Assembly (NCBI RefSeq): GCF_001194135.2
Contig: NC_068987.1
Span: 28,959,680-29,016,620 of the forward strand
DNA: 56,941 nt
Direction of reading: 5' to 3'
Source: Octopus bimaculoides
Lineage: Eukaryota
Shown: positions 12,478 to 24,579 of the stretch, in pieces
Layout: every line of letters starts with the position of its first letter
How positions within the stretch are numbered: position 1 is the stretch's first letter
Translations under genes and position numbers: made by a program
The notes under the pieces: model-generated
The model's input: the letters and a program-made list of their open reading frames with translations, nothing else
What the model was told of the DNA's origin: nothing
Databases searched by the model: none

Positions 12478-13700
12478 GGAAATCCAACCTGAATGCCAAA
12501 AATTCGATTACCGCAATGAGTATCTAGACAGTTGTAGTGGTCAACTATAGTGCGTCTCTCATCAAATGGATTAAGAAGGAAATATGAACACTGGATAGTA
12601 GGACGAGATAGTTGATGACGCTGCATGGGGCGTCATACCCTAAAGCAAACATAAACAGTCTGTATATGGAAAGAAAAATGGTGGCAGAGAACTAATTACT
12701 ATAGATTGTTGTATAAGGAATGAAAGGAGAAAGCTTACGGAGTATTTGATAAATAGTGATGAAGACCAGCTGCAATATGCCGCGAAGGATATGGATGTAA
12801 ATGCAGATGAAATGATGGGCAAGGAAGAGCTTAACCAAAGAGCTGAGGAGAAGAGAAAAGAAAACCTTCTTGAAATGAGAATGCATAGACAATTTTAAAA
12901 GAATACACAAGACGCTTAAGGGTAATACAGCATCGCGGGCGTGGCTTGAGCGAGATGATTTCAAGCGTACCGCCGAAAGCCTGATCATTGCTGCACAAGA
13001 CCAGGCTCTCGCTAACAACTCAGTGAAGTATAACATCTATAAAACTTTTGACACGCAGAAATGCAGACTCTGTGGAAAGAGTATGGAAAACATGGATGTG
13101 AGAGCCTTGCACAAAATTAATACAAACAAACGCCGCCACGATAAAGTGTGTGTATTTTCATTGGCCTCTTATGACGTAAATACCAGTATGAAGTAACAGA
13201 GAGCTGGTATGAGGATGTACCAAGTTATGCAAGAGGATGGAAAAGTAATGATACTCTTGGACTATGATTTTCAGACGGATCGTGTAATTGAACACCGTCG
13301 GCCAGATATTTTCATATTGAATATGAGAAACAAATATTGTCAGATCATTGATGTAGCCATACCAAATGACATGAATGTTGTGAGTACAGAGGTTGAAAAA
13401 ATCATCGAGTACTTCGAATTGAAAGTGGAAATGGCAAGATTGTATGGAATGCGAGAGGGTAAAAGTGATACAAGTGGTGACCAGAGCGTTCGGCTGAATC
13501 CCGATGAAACTTCAAGACTTCTTAAGGCAACTAGAAATCCCATGCAAGATTGATGTCTTGCAAAAAGCAGCCTTATTGGGCACAGCGCACATCTTAAGGA
13601 AAGTATTATTTGTCTGACTTCCTTGTATGACTTGACAGATGGCTAAAGACTCCGATGCATTTTTACGTATACTGTGTTAAGAAGGACTATAATGAGTTTA
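12478..13700 (+). pseudogene. R4/Dong-type RLE LINE 3' part: post-RT region, zinc knuckle and restriction-like endonuclease
   Basis: LMTLHGASYPKANINSLY, AAQDQAL, CRLC at 13062-13073, DFQTDRVIEHRRPDI..IIDVAIP, and terminal AALLGTAHILRKVL. The 3' boundary is approximate. Confidence 0.85.
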
Positions 13701-15633
13701 TTTTTTTACATATAACTGATCTACTGTAAATATACAAAAATGAATAATTTCGGGTTGATCCTATATTAACTTTTATTTGATTGCTATAAATAACGATGAT
13801 TTAAACCGAATATGTATTACTCATGAATTTGTATATGACAGCAATGGCTAGCAGATCATGTGATTCACTCTATTTTTGACTACAGATACTTACTGTTGTT
13901 GAGTGAATATTATTCTTTGTACTTGCTGTGTATGTCACTTGCAGTCTCATTATAATCTACCCAGAGATTAGTTTATCTGCATCAAATGTAGCTTATATTG
14001 TCGTAACCTTTGATGTTTCTTCAAGAGTTTGAGTGAAATTGCTACGAAATTAAATTCTCCATAATCTTTTTGTAAATTCGTCAGCTCTCAAATCTAAGCC
14101 ACAACGACCCACTATATGTCTGACTACGCTATTCCACTGTATCTAGGATTGACTTCTTTGTGGCATTAGTGGTGTCATTGTTTTATGTATGAAGCCTATA
14201 TTTCATGTTTAGAAACTGTGATCCACGAAAGTTCTGAATTATTCTTGCACAGATTTTAGTTTTCTCTAATACTTTTCGTTCTGAATACGTACTAATAACT
14301 TTTAAATGCCTTGTTCCCATAGTTTCTTGCTAACTGATTTAGGGTTAACACGAATGCGTATTTCTTAACAAAAATGATTTTTGAAAGCTTTTAAACACTG
14401 AGTTAAATATAAAGGGTCAATATTATATTAAAGATAGATCTGACGTGAGCTTAGAGAATACTGGCAAAGACATAAACATTTAAGTTGATAATAAATGATC
14501 ATGGATTTCGCTGTTGTAAGCTTCCGTGATATTGAATATATAATGAAGCTTGCTAAGTTACCTGTATATAATGAAGCTTGCTGAGTTTATATGTATTTAA
14601 GAGCAACAGTTCACAATGATTTGCTCTAGATGCAGACTTATCCAAATCTTCTGGGGTTTATCCTCTGAAACTGGTTTTTACTTAGACCATCCCATTATGA
14701 GCTGAGTTCTATTGACTAAATCATGTGTTGGATAATAAGATGTAACATTTTAAATTCCTTAAAGCATGCCTTTATGCTAATGCCATTATTTCAGAAAGCA
14801 ATTATCTATTGCAATAAGCAATAAGGCTACAAATATAGATGGTCAGTTAATCGTTTGGAACTTACCACCTTTCATTAGCGTTCGTAATACATTTACCTGA
14901 ATAATGGCGTAAGGTCATGTGCTTCGTAATATTATAAAAACGACTCGTTTTAAAATACAATAGTATACTGTATTACCATTTATAACATGTATTAACAATG
15001 AAAATGAAGAACATTTAGAAGAAAGTAAATTTTATTTTAATTAATGAAATGAAGCTTGATTGTCAACTACAATGAACCTTCATCTATTAATACCAGCAAA
15101 CATTATTCCCATGTCAGGGGCATTCTCATCATTTACATAGATTTAAGAATACGAATCGAAGTGAATACAGTTCATCCATGGAGACAGAACATCTCATTAC
15201 GTTCCAATGTTCTAGCAATTACACAAGCATCAATCTTATTTTCTCTTCCATTGTATAAAACCTGCTGCGATTTATTTGTTACTGGTACTATGCAAATAAT
15301 AAGAAAGAATACACCAGAACTGATACTATTTGTAGATATATAGGAATCATTAAGGGATATCTATCGGTCTTTTACGTCTACTGTCTCTTAGTAATTTTCC
15401 CCTACATTAGAAGTGATGGCCAAACACAGTTATTTTTAAAAGCGTCCTGGTTTCAGGAAGATCTTAAATTACATAGACTATTATCAGCAGTTCAGTAACT
15501 TTATTGAATTCTACGAATTCAAATTTCGTATATCGCCGAAGGTATATTTTCAGTTTCGAATATATGTGTGTGCATGTGCGTGTGTATGTGTGCATGTGTG
15601 CATGCATGTGTGTATAGATACACACACATACAA

Positions 15634-15674
<41 letters not shown>

Positions 15675-15676
<2 letters not shown>

Positions 15677-15981
15677 CGTAGGCGTAGGTATGGCTGTGTG
15701 ATAAGAAGCTTGCTTCCCAAACACATGGTTCCGGGTTCACTGTCACTGCGTCGTGGTTCCTTGAGTGAGTGTCCTCTAGTATGACCTCCGGCCGACCAAA
15801 GCCTTGTGAGTGGATTTTATAGACAGAAACTGAAAGAAGCCTGTCGTGTATATATATATATATATATCTGTGTGTGTATGTGTGTGTGTGTGTATTGTGT
15901 GTATGTACGTACTTGAGAGTCGGTGTTTGTCCCCCACCACCTTTGCTTAACAACCGATGTTGGCGTGTGTATGTCCCCGTA
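15675..15981 (+). mobile_element. tRNA-derived SINE, family C (internal AT/GT microsatellite), 3'-truncated
   Basis: Head GGCGTAGG..TGGCTGTGTG.TAAGAAGCTTGCTTCCC and the domain CCAAAGCCTTGTGAGTGGATTT..GAAACTGAAAGAAGCC, shared with 30915, 31371 and 36619. Confidence 0.88.
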
Positions 15982-16074
15982 TCTAGAATTTGATCTTGCA
16001 TAATTTTGATGTTATTATCTTTCTTTCCTGTAAAAAAATGTTTATAAATTGTAAGTTAAAGAAATACAGAAAAA

Positions 16075-17330
16075 AAAAGTAAGTTCACCTGTGATAACAT
16101 CTATGTCGGCAACATCTTTAGTTTCCCAGAATTTCAAATCTTTTGGAATTTCCTCTACAGCGATTTCCTTAGCGTTTATCCTATTATCTCCTTTACTAGA
16201 GGCTGTAGTCATATTGAGCAATGCTTCATCCCTCTTTTGTTTTCGTTCTTTTCAAATCTTAGAAACACTTATGACCTTCTATTGATAACATCCTGGTTAT
16301 GGTTGCGCTGTAGATCAGTTGTTTGCGTCCTCTTCTCAAGGTTGTTGGATCTCTTCTTGTGGAGGCAAATTCTACTGATTTTTCCTTCCCTTCCATCGAA
16401 CTTCCAGCTTTTTCTCAGCAACGTTTCTCCACTTTTCTGCTCTCTGCTTTATGCTTCCGTTTAATGTATTTATGGTATTTCTCTTAACTTTCTGTTACCG
16501 TCACATATCTAAAACACACTCATATTACTGATAATATCCATTGTTCTCTACGTTTTCCTTTCTTTCTTCCTATTCTATTTTCGGATTTCAGTTGCAAAGT
16601 CTTTGACTTTTCTTCAGTATTGATCTTTATAACTTTCTGCATTTAATGCAGCATATCGGCTCTTGCGGTCTAGCTGATACGATTCTCTGATGCCACTTTC
16701 ATTAAGATTGCCAATATCAAAAGCCATAGAATTTTTTAGATTCTAAAACAAATTTCTTTAGTTTTATGTTGATAACCATCTTCCCCATGCAATGATCAGA
16801 ACCAATGTCTACTCCTTTGAACACACACGTGTCTCGATCAGTTTTTTATTCATCGCCTCTAAAAATAAGATTGAGATCCATCTCATTTTCGGAGTTATTA
16901 TTGGGAAATGTGCAGGTTTTCTTGTGTATCAATATATAATCAAAACACGTATTTGTTTCGAAGAGATCATAAATTTCAGAGGATTCCAAGAAGTTTAATT
17001 GAATATCTTTGAAACTTCTCGTTAAAAACTGGTGCATAGTAACCGACTATCTATTTCTTTCTCGTCCTAAATGGTCATTGGACTCACTCACAAGAATTAC
17101 ACTCATGTTTCAGAATGCTCTCTTATGTAGCATTTAACGAAATGTAGACCTTATCAGTTTTTCCGACATTAACACTCTTTTTGTGTATTTGGTTTGTAGA
17201 TATTGACTGTTATGTGTCCAGCTGTGGTAATTCTGTCAAATACAGCTATTCAAATTACTACAAATTTCAAGTACATTTTATCTTGTCATCTCGACAGTGA
17301 ATTAAGGCTTTATCGTAACATAACAACCTC
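16075..17330 (-). pseudogene. RTE-type LINE relic (APE C-terminus to RT leader)
   Basis: Minus strand TNTCFD..IHKKT, KGVDIGSDH (16790-16815), FDIGNL, and DVADIDVITGEL near 16085-16120. Confidence 0.7.
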
Positions 17331-17474
17331 ATCTTGTTACAGTCTCCAGGTATAACCACGCTCGGTACGGAGATATAATATTCACCCATTTCCCTGACGG
17401 ACCTTCATGCTTTAATGGCTGTAATCCTTCCAGCGATTGGTGTTATAATTTTGTTCTTTATAATTTCATCCTTC

Positions 17475-17670
17475 AGCTGGCAGAATTGTTAGCACGCCAA
17501 GCAAAATCCTAAGCGGCATTTCATCCGTCTTTACGTTCTGAGTTCAAATTCCACCCAGGTCGACTTTGCCTTTCATCGTTTCGAGGTCGATAATTTAAGT
17601 ACCAGTCAAGTAATGGTGTCGATATGATCGATTATCCTCCTCCGCCAAATTTCAGGCCGTGTGCCAGTAG
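17475..17670 (+). mobile_element. SINE family B (tail type ii)
   Basis: AGCTGGCAGAA..TTAGCACGCC, GTTCTGAGTTCAAATTCC, GGTCGACTTTGCCTTTCATC, and a CAAATTTCAGGCCGTGTGCC tail. Confidence 0.85.
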
Positions 17671-17759
17671 CGGGATCGATATAATTTGATCCTTCAAGTG
17701 ATTATCTTCCTATAGGTTTTAATCATTCTCTGACATATTACCAACATGTTGTTCATATC

Positions 17760-17793
17760 ATCACCAACATCATCATCACCATCAGCATCATCG

Positions 17794-17835
<42 letters not shown>

Positions 17836-17848
17836 ACAACAACAACAT
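17760..17848. repeat. (CAT)n/(CAA)n trinucleotide array
   Basis: Direct inspection. Confidence 0.95.
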
Positions 17849-18346
17849 TCCATCACCGCGATTCTAATCATCAGGTCGAGGATTCCTTTCTTTAATTTTT
17901 CGAGATGGTTTACTTGTTACAAGCTATAAATTTTAATAGAAGAGATTATTTATCCTTAGTTCAGCCTGCATCTATAAATTTGGCTGCAGATCAGCTGTTA
18001 CTCTCATTTCATTGAACATATATAGTGATCGGTGGGCATCCTCTCTTCTAGGAAAATAAACATATGATAATTTTCCATACCATTTATATAACTGTAATCA
18101 CTCAATTATGCGATGTTTACTCAGGTAGTTAGTTGCTCTAAAATCCGCAAAATTCGGATTCATCATACTTGGAATGGTTTTAATAGTTGGCCTGCTCGAT
18201 ATGGTGCTGGCCTGCGTTTAAACTAACAAAATAATAACTGCGAATAAAAGTAATATTTTAAAATATTAATAAGGTATCGATCGTTGTAGGAGAAAAGACC
18301 AGTTCACATCGATTTCAGATAAGTGTGTTATAAATCAGCTGATGGT

Positions 18347-18393
<47 letters not shown>

Positions 18394-18621
18394 CGTATGT
18401 ATATGTGTGTGTATGTATATATACACACACACACGCACACACATGCATACATGCTTATATATACATATTTATAAGTGTATAAATACACACAGACGCACGC
18501 GCGTACACACACGAACACACACACATACACACACAACATATATATCTGAATAAATGCATACATGTATATTTGCATGGTCGCATATGTATTACGTATGTTT
18601 GCGAGTTTGTGTGTGTATGGA

Positions 18622-18659
<38 letters not shown>

Positions 18660-19885
18660 TGTGTGTGTGTACATGCATGTGTATGTATATGTATTTATAT
18701 GAATGTGAATATAAATAACAGTGGTGACTTGGAAAAGTTTCGCAATAGGTCGATCGCCCGACAAAATAACCTGAATTTTTACAAATTTTAATCGTGTTCC
18801 TGTAAATTGTCTGATTCTAACGGAAGACATTTAAGAGTATGTCTGTATCCATTTTTCTTAAACGTTAGAAATATCTATCATTCTTGGTGATTCTTATTGT
18901 CTTTATACGTCCCGCGAAACCAGACTTGGTTGTGTGCTTGCTAAGAATAACTGCAAACTATTCTATATCATAATAAGCTGATGATTTCATTTTCTTTTAC
19001 ATCGCTTTATACTCTACAGCAAACTAAAGCAATCGAATGATAAATTGAAGATTATACTGCTAAAAGTGCTTAAATCATATTGATTTTCACACGATTTGAG
19101 TACTTTTAGAAATAAGCTCTCCCATTGAACAACGTGTATTAAATATGTTACGTGGTTGCATACTAATTTTCTGTAAATTGCATATGTTGAATAATGTCTA
19201 AATAATATAATTCTCAGATGTGAACATATAAATCTGTGAAGTGCAAATATAAATCACCGAATAATATGTAAATATATATCACTTTAGATATGTTCCCACA
19301 TTTGGTTATCACACATTATCACGTATCACTCTCATAGATCATGTACAAAATAAAACGAGTAAATAGAATTCAGTTTTAAGTCTATGTATTTGAAGCGAGA
19401 TTCAATATTTTTGATTTTTATTCAATAATACATTAACGGCTGCTGCTAAATTTTTTCTTTAGTTACATGTGCCATGTGCTTTCATCTTTACCAGTATTAG
19501 ACAATGAGATTGGAGGAACACGCTAATTATCTCACCTAGCGAGGTTATGCATTGTTGGAACACATTCTAAAGACATGTACGCTTGAAGGTATTGCCAAGT
19601 TACAATCTTATTTACCTATGCACAAAAAGAGGCAACGCAACAGAGTGTGATTATAATGACATCCAAGATTGCCTCTATTTTCCGCAAGAATGTAACAAAA
19701 GACAACAAAGGAGCGTAAACAAAGTAGAGCAGTAACCCAGATTTCTGAACAATTCTAGTTAAGTTAAAGCTGCAGGTATATTTGAAAAAAATATTTATAT
19801 TAACTAATTGTTACTCTAAAATATCAACTCTCTGACATTATGGGACCGTCTGACTTACCAAAAATCCTTTCTGACAATTGAACAG

Positions 19886-19997
19886 TGTCGTTGAAAAGCA
19901 TTGCATATTCAATCATGAAGGAATGGGCTTCTACTCGGAATGCTTTAAGGATATGTGTGAGGCATGTGGATGGCAGTATTATGAGCTTTCTGTAGAG
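19886..19997 (+). CDS. Candidate internal exon (VVEKHCIFNHEGMGFYSECFKDMCEACGWQYYELSVE), unknown protein
   Basis: CTGAC branch-like motif plus AACAG acceptor, GAG|GTGAGA donor, and one open frame of protein-like composition. Overlaps an antisense candidate exon. Confidence 0.3.
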
Positions 19998-20427
19998 GTG
20001 AGATAACATGTATTTGTGATCAAAGCTCTAATGATCTAGCTGCTGAATAGCTGGAGTCGTTCCAGGTACACCAATCTTGTGGTGGTTGCAGTAAAAAAAA
20101 ATCGAGGTACAGTATGGCCTGGAAGACAATGGCCAGCGGTACAAACGGATAGTAGTACATGTGTGTGTGTGTATGTGTGTGTGTGTGTGTGCGTGCGTGT
20201 CTGTGTGTGCGCGCGCTTATGAGTTTGTGAGTGTGTAAGCGTGCACGTGTAGGAGTCTACTAGAAAATTCAACATAAAATCATACTTAATTTCACCTAAG
20301 AGTCAACAAACAAGAAAAGAAACAACGGGAAAAGAACAATAGATAATGCAGTTCTATATTTAAGAGATGTGGAATTATGTATATTATTTACATTTGACGG
20401 ATATTTACCCTCATCTTGTTTGTTGTG

Positions 20428-20473
20428 AACACAGCGTTTCGGATGATATACCATCCAGCCTTCATCAGGTGTC
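20428..20473 (-). ncRNA. Hammerhead motif copy (core U16.1 mutated)
   Basis: Minus strand GACAC-CTGATGA-A-GGCTG..CATCC-GAAACGCT-GTGTT. Confidence 0.7.
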
Positions 20474-20870
20474 TTGGGGAATTTTTCGCCGTTATTATTA
20501 TTATTATTATTATTCAGGTCACTGCCTGCCTGGAACAGAACATGCTATCTTGGGGGTTAGTAGCCCACGCTCTTAATCACTACGCCATATGCCCGTGAGC
20601 AATAATGGAGTGAATTTTAGTGCTTATAAATCTAATATTCTCCAATCCTACCTTAATAACGGTTCCTATATGCTGTTCATATCTGATCTGCACTCGGTCT
20701 GCTCAGGATGTTGTTGTATCCTAGCATATGTGCTGTTTCTTTTAGTTTTCGTATTTTCGGAGAGGCCTTTCACATAAGGTAGAATGACTGTAGAAAGTTT
20801 ATCGGTTTCATACTCTCTTATCTTCATAGTTGGAGTGGAGAGTATGCTTTTGGGGTAGTTCTTGCTTAAT

Positions 20871-21320
20871 AGAAAGATACAAAAGATATGCGGCCCATAT
20901 GACATCAGGACAGTATTCAAAAGTAATACAAAATTTTGCAAATATCTCCTTCGAGTAAAACCACCAATAGAAGAGAATATGACCAAGAGAATATGTAATC
21001 CATCCCATGCAACTGTGGCAGGTTATACAAAGGCGAAACATGCCGCCCCTCAAAATAAGGGTAGAGGAACATCGCAAATCTGTGACACGGGGAGATATTT
21101 ATAAATCGGGTATAGCTAACCATGTATGGAAAAATGGAGACCACCTCCCCTATGGGATGAAGTTAAAATAATAGACGGAGAACACCACTTGAAAATACGA
21201 AAACTAAAAGAAGCAGCACATATTCTAGGACACAACAACCTCTTAAGCAGAACGAGTGCAAGTAGGATCAGCATATGGGAACCGGTATCAAGGAAGGATA
21301 GAAGAATATTAGATTTATAA
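20871..21320 (+). pseudogene. Penelope GIY-YIG endonuclease, frameshifted
   Basis: KIQKICGPYDIRTVFKSN / IPCNCGRLYKGETCRP / KIRVEEHR..SGIANHVW / LPLWDEVKIIDGEHHLKIRKLKEAAHI, with a stop at 21318-21320. Confidence 0.88.
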
Positions 21321-21479
21321 GCCCTAGAATTCACTCCATAATTGCTCGTGGGCATATAGCGTATTAGTTAAGACCGCGGGCTACTAACCCCAAAATTCCG
21401 AGTTCGATTCCAGCCAATAATCTGAATAATAACATCAAAAAATACCTTAAGAATGACAACAGGTTCGAAATTTCCCCAA

Positions 21480-21525
21480 GACAACTGATGAAGACGGGCA
21501 GGTATATCAGCCGAAACGTTGTATT
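21480..21525 (+). ncRNA. Hammerhead motif copy (helices I and II decayed)
   Basis: GACAA-CTGATGA-A-GACGG..CAGCC-GAAACGTT-GTATT. Confidence 0.7.
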
Positions 21526-21720
21526 AACAAGATGAAGACAAATATCCGTCAAATGTAAATAGAAACACGCGAAAAAAGACATTTAAGTGTATCGCGGTAT
21601 TTTGAAATAAGTTGACAAGGGAGGTCGTTACAACGAATAAATATACAAGCAAAATCCTTTCTTGATGTGGTGGAAGACAACATTGTACTGCTTTACCTAT
21701 CAGTTCTAAAAATCAAAGGA

Positions 21721-22109
21721 TGTTGTTGTTGGCACTCCGTCGCTTACGACGTCGAGGGTTCTAGTTGATGCGATCAACGGAACAGCCTGCTCGTGAAATT
21801 AACGTGCAAGTGGCTGAGTACTCCACAGACACGTGTATTCTTAACGTAGTTCTCGGGGAAATTCAGCGTGACACAGTGTAACAAGGCTGACCCTTTGAAT
21901 TACAGGCACAACAGAAACAGGAAGTAAGAGTGAGAGAAAGTTGTGGTGAAAGAGTACAGCAGTGTTCGCCACCCGACCCCTACCGGTGCCTCGTGGAGCT
22001 TTAGGTGTTTTCGCTCAATAAACAATCACAACACCCGGTCTGGGAATCGAAACCGCGATCCTATGACCGCGAGTCCGCTACCATAACTACTGGGCCATTG
22101 CGCCTCCAC
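21721..22109 (-). mobile_element. tRNA-derived SINE, family A, full length
   Basis: Reverse complement of the 8825-9208 family, with a (CAA)n tail at the left end. Confidence 0.92.
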
Positions 22110-22201
22110 AACTAAAAATTTGTTTTAAATTAAATGATATGCATTTAGGAATACCGAAATTACGGGCCTTGTGCCAAAATTTCAAATCAATATTTAAGCA
22201 T

Positions 22202-22405
22202 GATAAGGCGGCGAGCTGACAGAATCGTTAGCGGCATATCGTTTATCTTTACGTTTTGAGTTCAAAAACTGCCGAGGCTGACTTTGCCTTTCATCCTTTC
22301 GAGATGGATTAAATAGTTACCATTTAAGTACTGGAGTCGATGTTGTCGACTTATCCCTTCGCCCGAAATCGCTGGCCTTCTGCCGAAATTTGAAATCAAT
22401 ATTTA
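22202..22405 (+). mobile_element. SINE family B (tail type ii) with an internal deletion
   Basis: AAGGCGGCGAGCTG head; lacks the segment between the two TTAGC motifs. A second copy of the tail lies just upstream at about 22154-22196. Confidence 0.85.
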
Positions 22406-22689
22406 TACATTTGTACTGATATCACTTTGAATTTAATTCTTCCATTTAACAGGTAGTTTCTGATAACACTTTGGAAAACTTTTAAGGCCTTAGTTACGAA
22501 ATAAGGTAACAGATTTATTTATTCTTTTCCGGAGCAGTGAATCTTGAAATAAATAAAGTTGTAAATAATTTTTTTTCTTTTGTAGGCATAAGGCTTGAAA
22601 TTTCGGATGAGATGGGTAGTCGATTACATCTAGCGCTGCTCTTGACAAATAATTATATTATCGACACCATAAAATTGAAATGTGAAGTC

Positions 22690-23000
22690 GAATTCGAACT
22701 CAGGATACAAAGCCAGGAGAAACACCGCTAAATATTTTATCGGACGTGCTAACGATTCTGCCAGCCCGCCAAACTAACGCTACACACAATCGTTTCTGTT
22801 ATAGTCACAATGTCTTAAATTGTTTGGAAGTAGACGAGTGGAGTAAATTGACTCCAGTGCTTAAGTAGTACTTATTTCATCGTCCCCGAAATGATGAAAA
22901 GTAAAGTTGACCTCGGCGGAATTTGAACTCAGATTGTAAAGTCGGGCGAAAAGCTGTTGAGAATTTTGTCCCGCTAACGAAAGAGCCAGTTCGTCGCCTT
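22690..23000 (-). mobile_element. Two tandem partial SINE B copies (22690-22770 and 22845-23000)
   Basis: GCTAACGATTCTGCCAGCCCGCC and CCTCGGCGGAATTTGAACTCAG..TCGTCGCCTT match family B on the minus strand. Confidence 0.8.
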
Positions 23001-23367
23001 GTTAATGTTATAAATAATAGCCTGGAACATTGCGTTATGATTTATTTTAGTCGCTTTGCAAGGGGTGATTATCCCTCTTATGCAGTCTCTACTTCATAAT
23101 ATATGCAAAGATGGATGTATTAAGAAATAGACACAAGTAGCTATACGTATCTTAGTATAACAGAACTATGGAATCTTGCCGTGGATATTCGAGTTGGTAA
23201 ATGTAATAGCCAGTATTTTTTTTTTTTAATCACATCTTAAATCTGAACAAAAATATTGAAAAACAAAAAGGATAAAGGATTCCGGTTTTAAAGATGTTAT
23301 TCTTCCCTCGTTTGAAGTGACATTCTGATAAACTGAAGTCGATTAGAACTTAGTCTGAAGTTGGTTT

Positions 23368-23500
23368 ACTACTACTATTACAGCTGCTGCTGCTACTACT
23401 ACTACTACTACTGCTACTACCACTACTACTACTACTACTGCTACTACTACTGCTACTACTACTGCTACTACTACTGCTACTACTACTGCTACTACTACTG

Positions 23501-23545
<45 letters not shown>

Positions 23546-23693
23546 TTTTAACCAACACATTCAACTCAATAACCATTATTAATACTATTATCACCATCGC
23601 CACCACCGGCATTGCTACTACTGCGATGACAACAATTACTACCACTAACACCACAGTTACTATTACTGCTGTTGCTGCTACTACTACTACTAT
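23368..23693. repeat. (CTA)n/(CTG)n trinucleotide array with degenerate extension
   Basis: Direct inspection. Accounts for the poly-V and poly-Y ORFs. Confidence 0.95.
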
Positions 23694-24579
23694 CATAAGG
23701 AAGACCTATAATGCTAATAATTAAAACGAGAGAAATCTCATAGAATTTATGAAAACTTTCTACTTAGAATTCTATTTATATTAGCATTTTCATTTAGTAT
23801 GTTCATTTTATATATTAATGAATAAAGGATCGGTTTTCCCTCTGTATATTTAATACAAAGATATATTTCAGGAAATTTCATTTATAAGCCAGTTATATGA
23901 AATGAGCTACAACCTTTTGTTCATTTATGCCTTTAATACCAAAGAGATATTTTTTTTATTTATTTATTTTCTCTTGTGCAGCATTCACTTTTAATCTGAA
24001 AAATCTAAATCACTGATTTATATTCTTTATTAAAATATACGCAACACAAATAAATACTCACAGATATGTATTACAGTCTTTGCGAAATTAAATGTCTATG
24101 AATGCCATAAATAAAATAATAATGTAATGGTTGCTATTAGATTTTTGCTATAAAATCTAGTACAACAACTAATATTACTATTAATACAGTCATTGCTTTA
24201 ATATTGTTTTCATTTAAGTATGATATTTATGATCTAATACGCATTAATGACTTCAAAAGAAATCATTAATGTGTATTAAATCTTAGATGCCATAGTAACA
24301 AGTTTCTCAAGAAATACAGGATAACTGCTTGTTATTATTTATTAAATTATGTTTAAATTCAAAGTAGACACTAATAACAATAGCACTAACAACAATCCAT
24401 TATTTGATCCTGTGTTCTTGCAGTGTTAATTTCAACCCGTAAAGGTATAAAGACCACTGATCTTAAGCGATACTAATAATTGTTTTCTTGTTAAATTCAT
24501 ATTTTGGGGAAATTATTTGTTGTCATTGTTTATACTTCAAATTAGAAACAATTATACTTATTGCTATTTAGTCGCCAAA

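Larger units (their letters stand above)
20351..21561 (+). mobile_element. 5'-truncated Penelope-like element with inverted 5' arm (pLTR and EN C-terminus in both orientations)
   Basis: Plus arm 20871-21561 carries GIY-YIG then tRNA-like head then hammerhead. Minus arm 20351-20870 carries the linker NYPK..ILPYVKGLSE fused to KIRKLKE..-pLTR. The arms are homologous at roughly 85% by eye. Confidence 0.9.

Noticed and set aside
14537-14590. Short tandem duplications (also 30326-30399 and 41386-41412) as CRISPR-like or functional arrays
   Set aside because: Only two units each with no unique spacers; ordinary slippage duplications in a eukaryotic genome.
15141-15252. Open segment FKNTNRSEYSSSMETEHLITFQCSSNYTSINLIFSSI
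   Set aside because: Weak donor (GTATAA) and no recognisable homology; not distinguishable from chance.
21705-22120. CTAAAAAT on both sides of the SINE A copy as a TSD
   Set aside because: It does not directly abut the left end, and a short A-rich match is likely by chance.
23343-23696. Poly-valine / poly-tyrosine ORFs
   Set aside because: Produced by the (CTA)n array.
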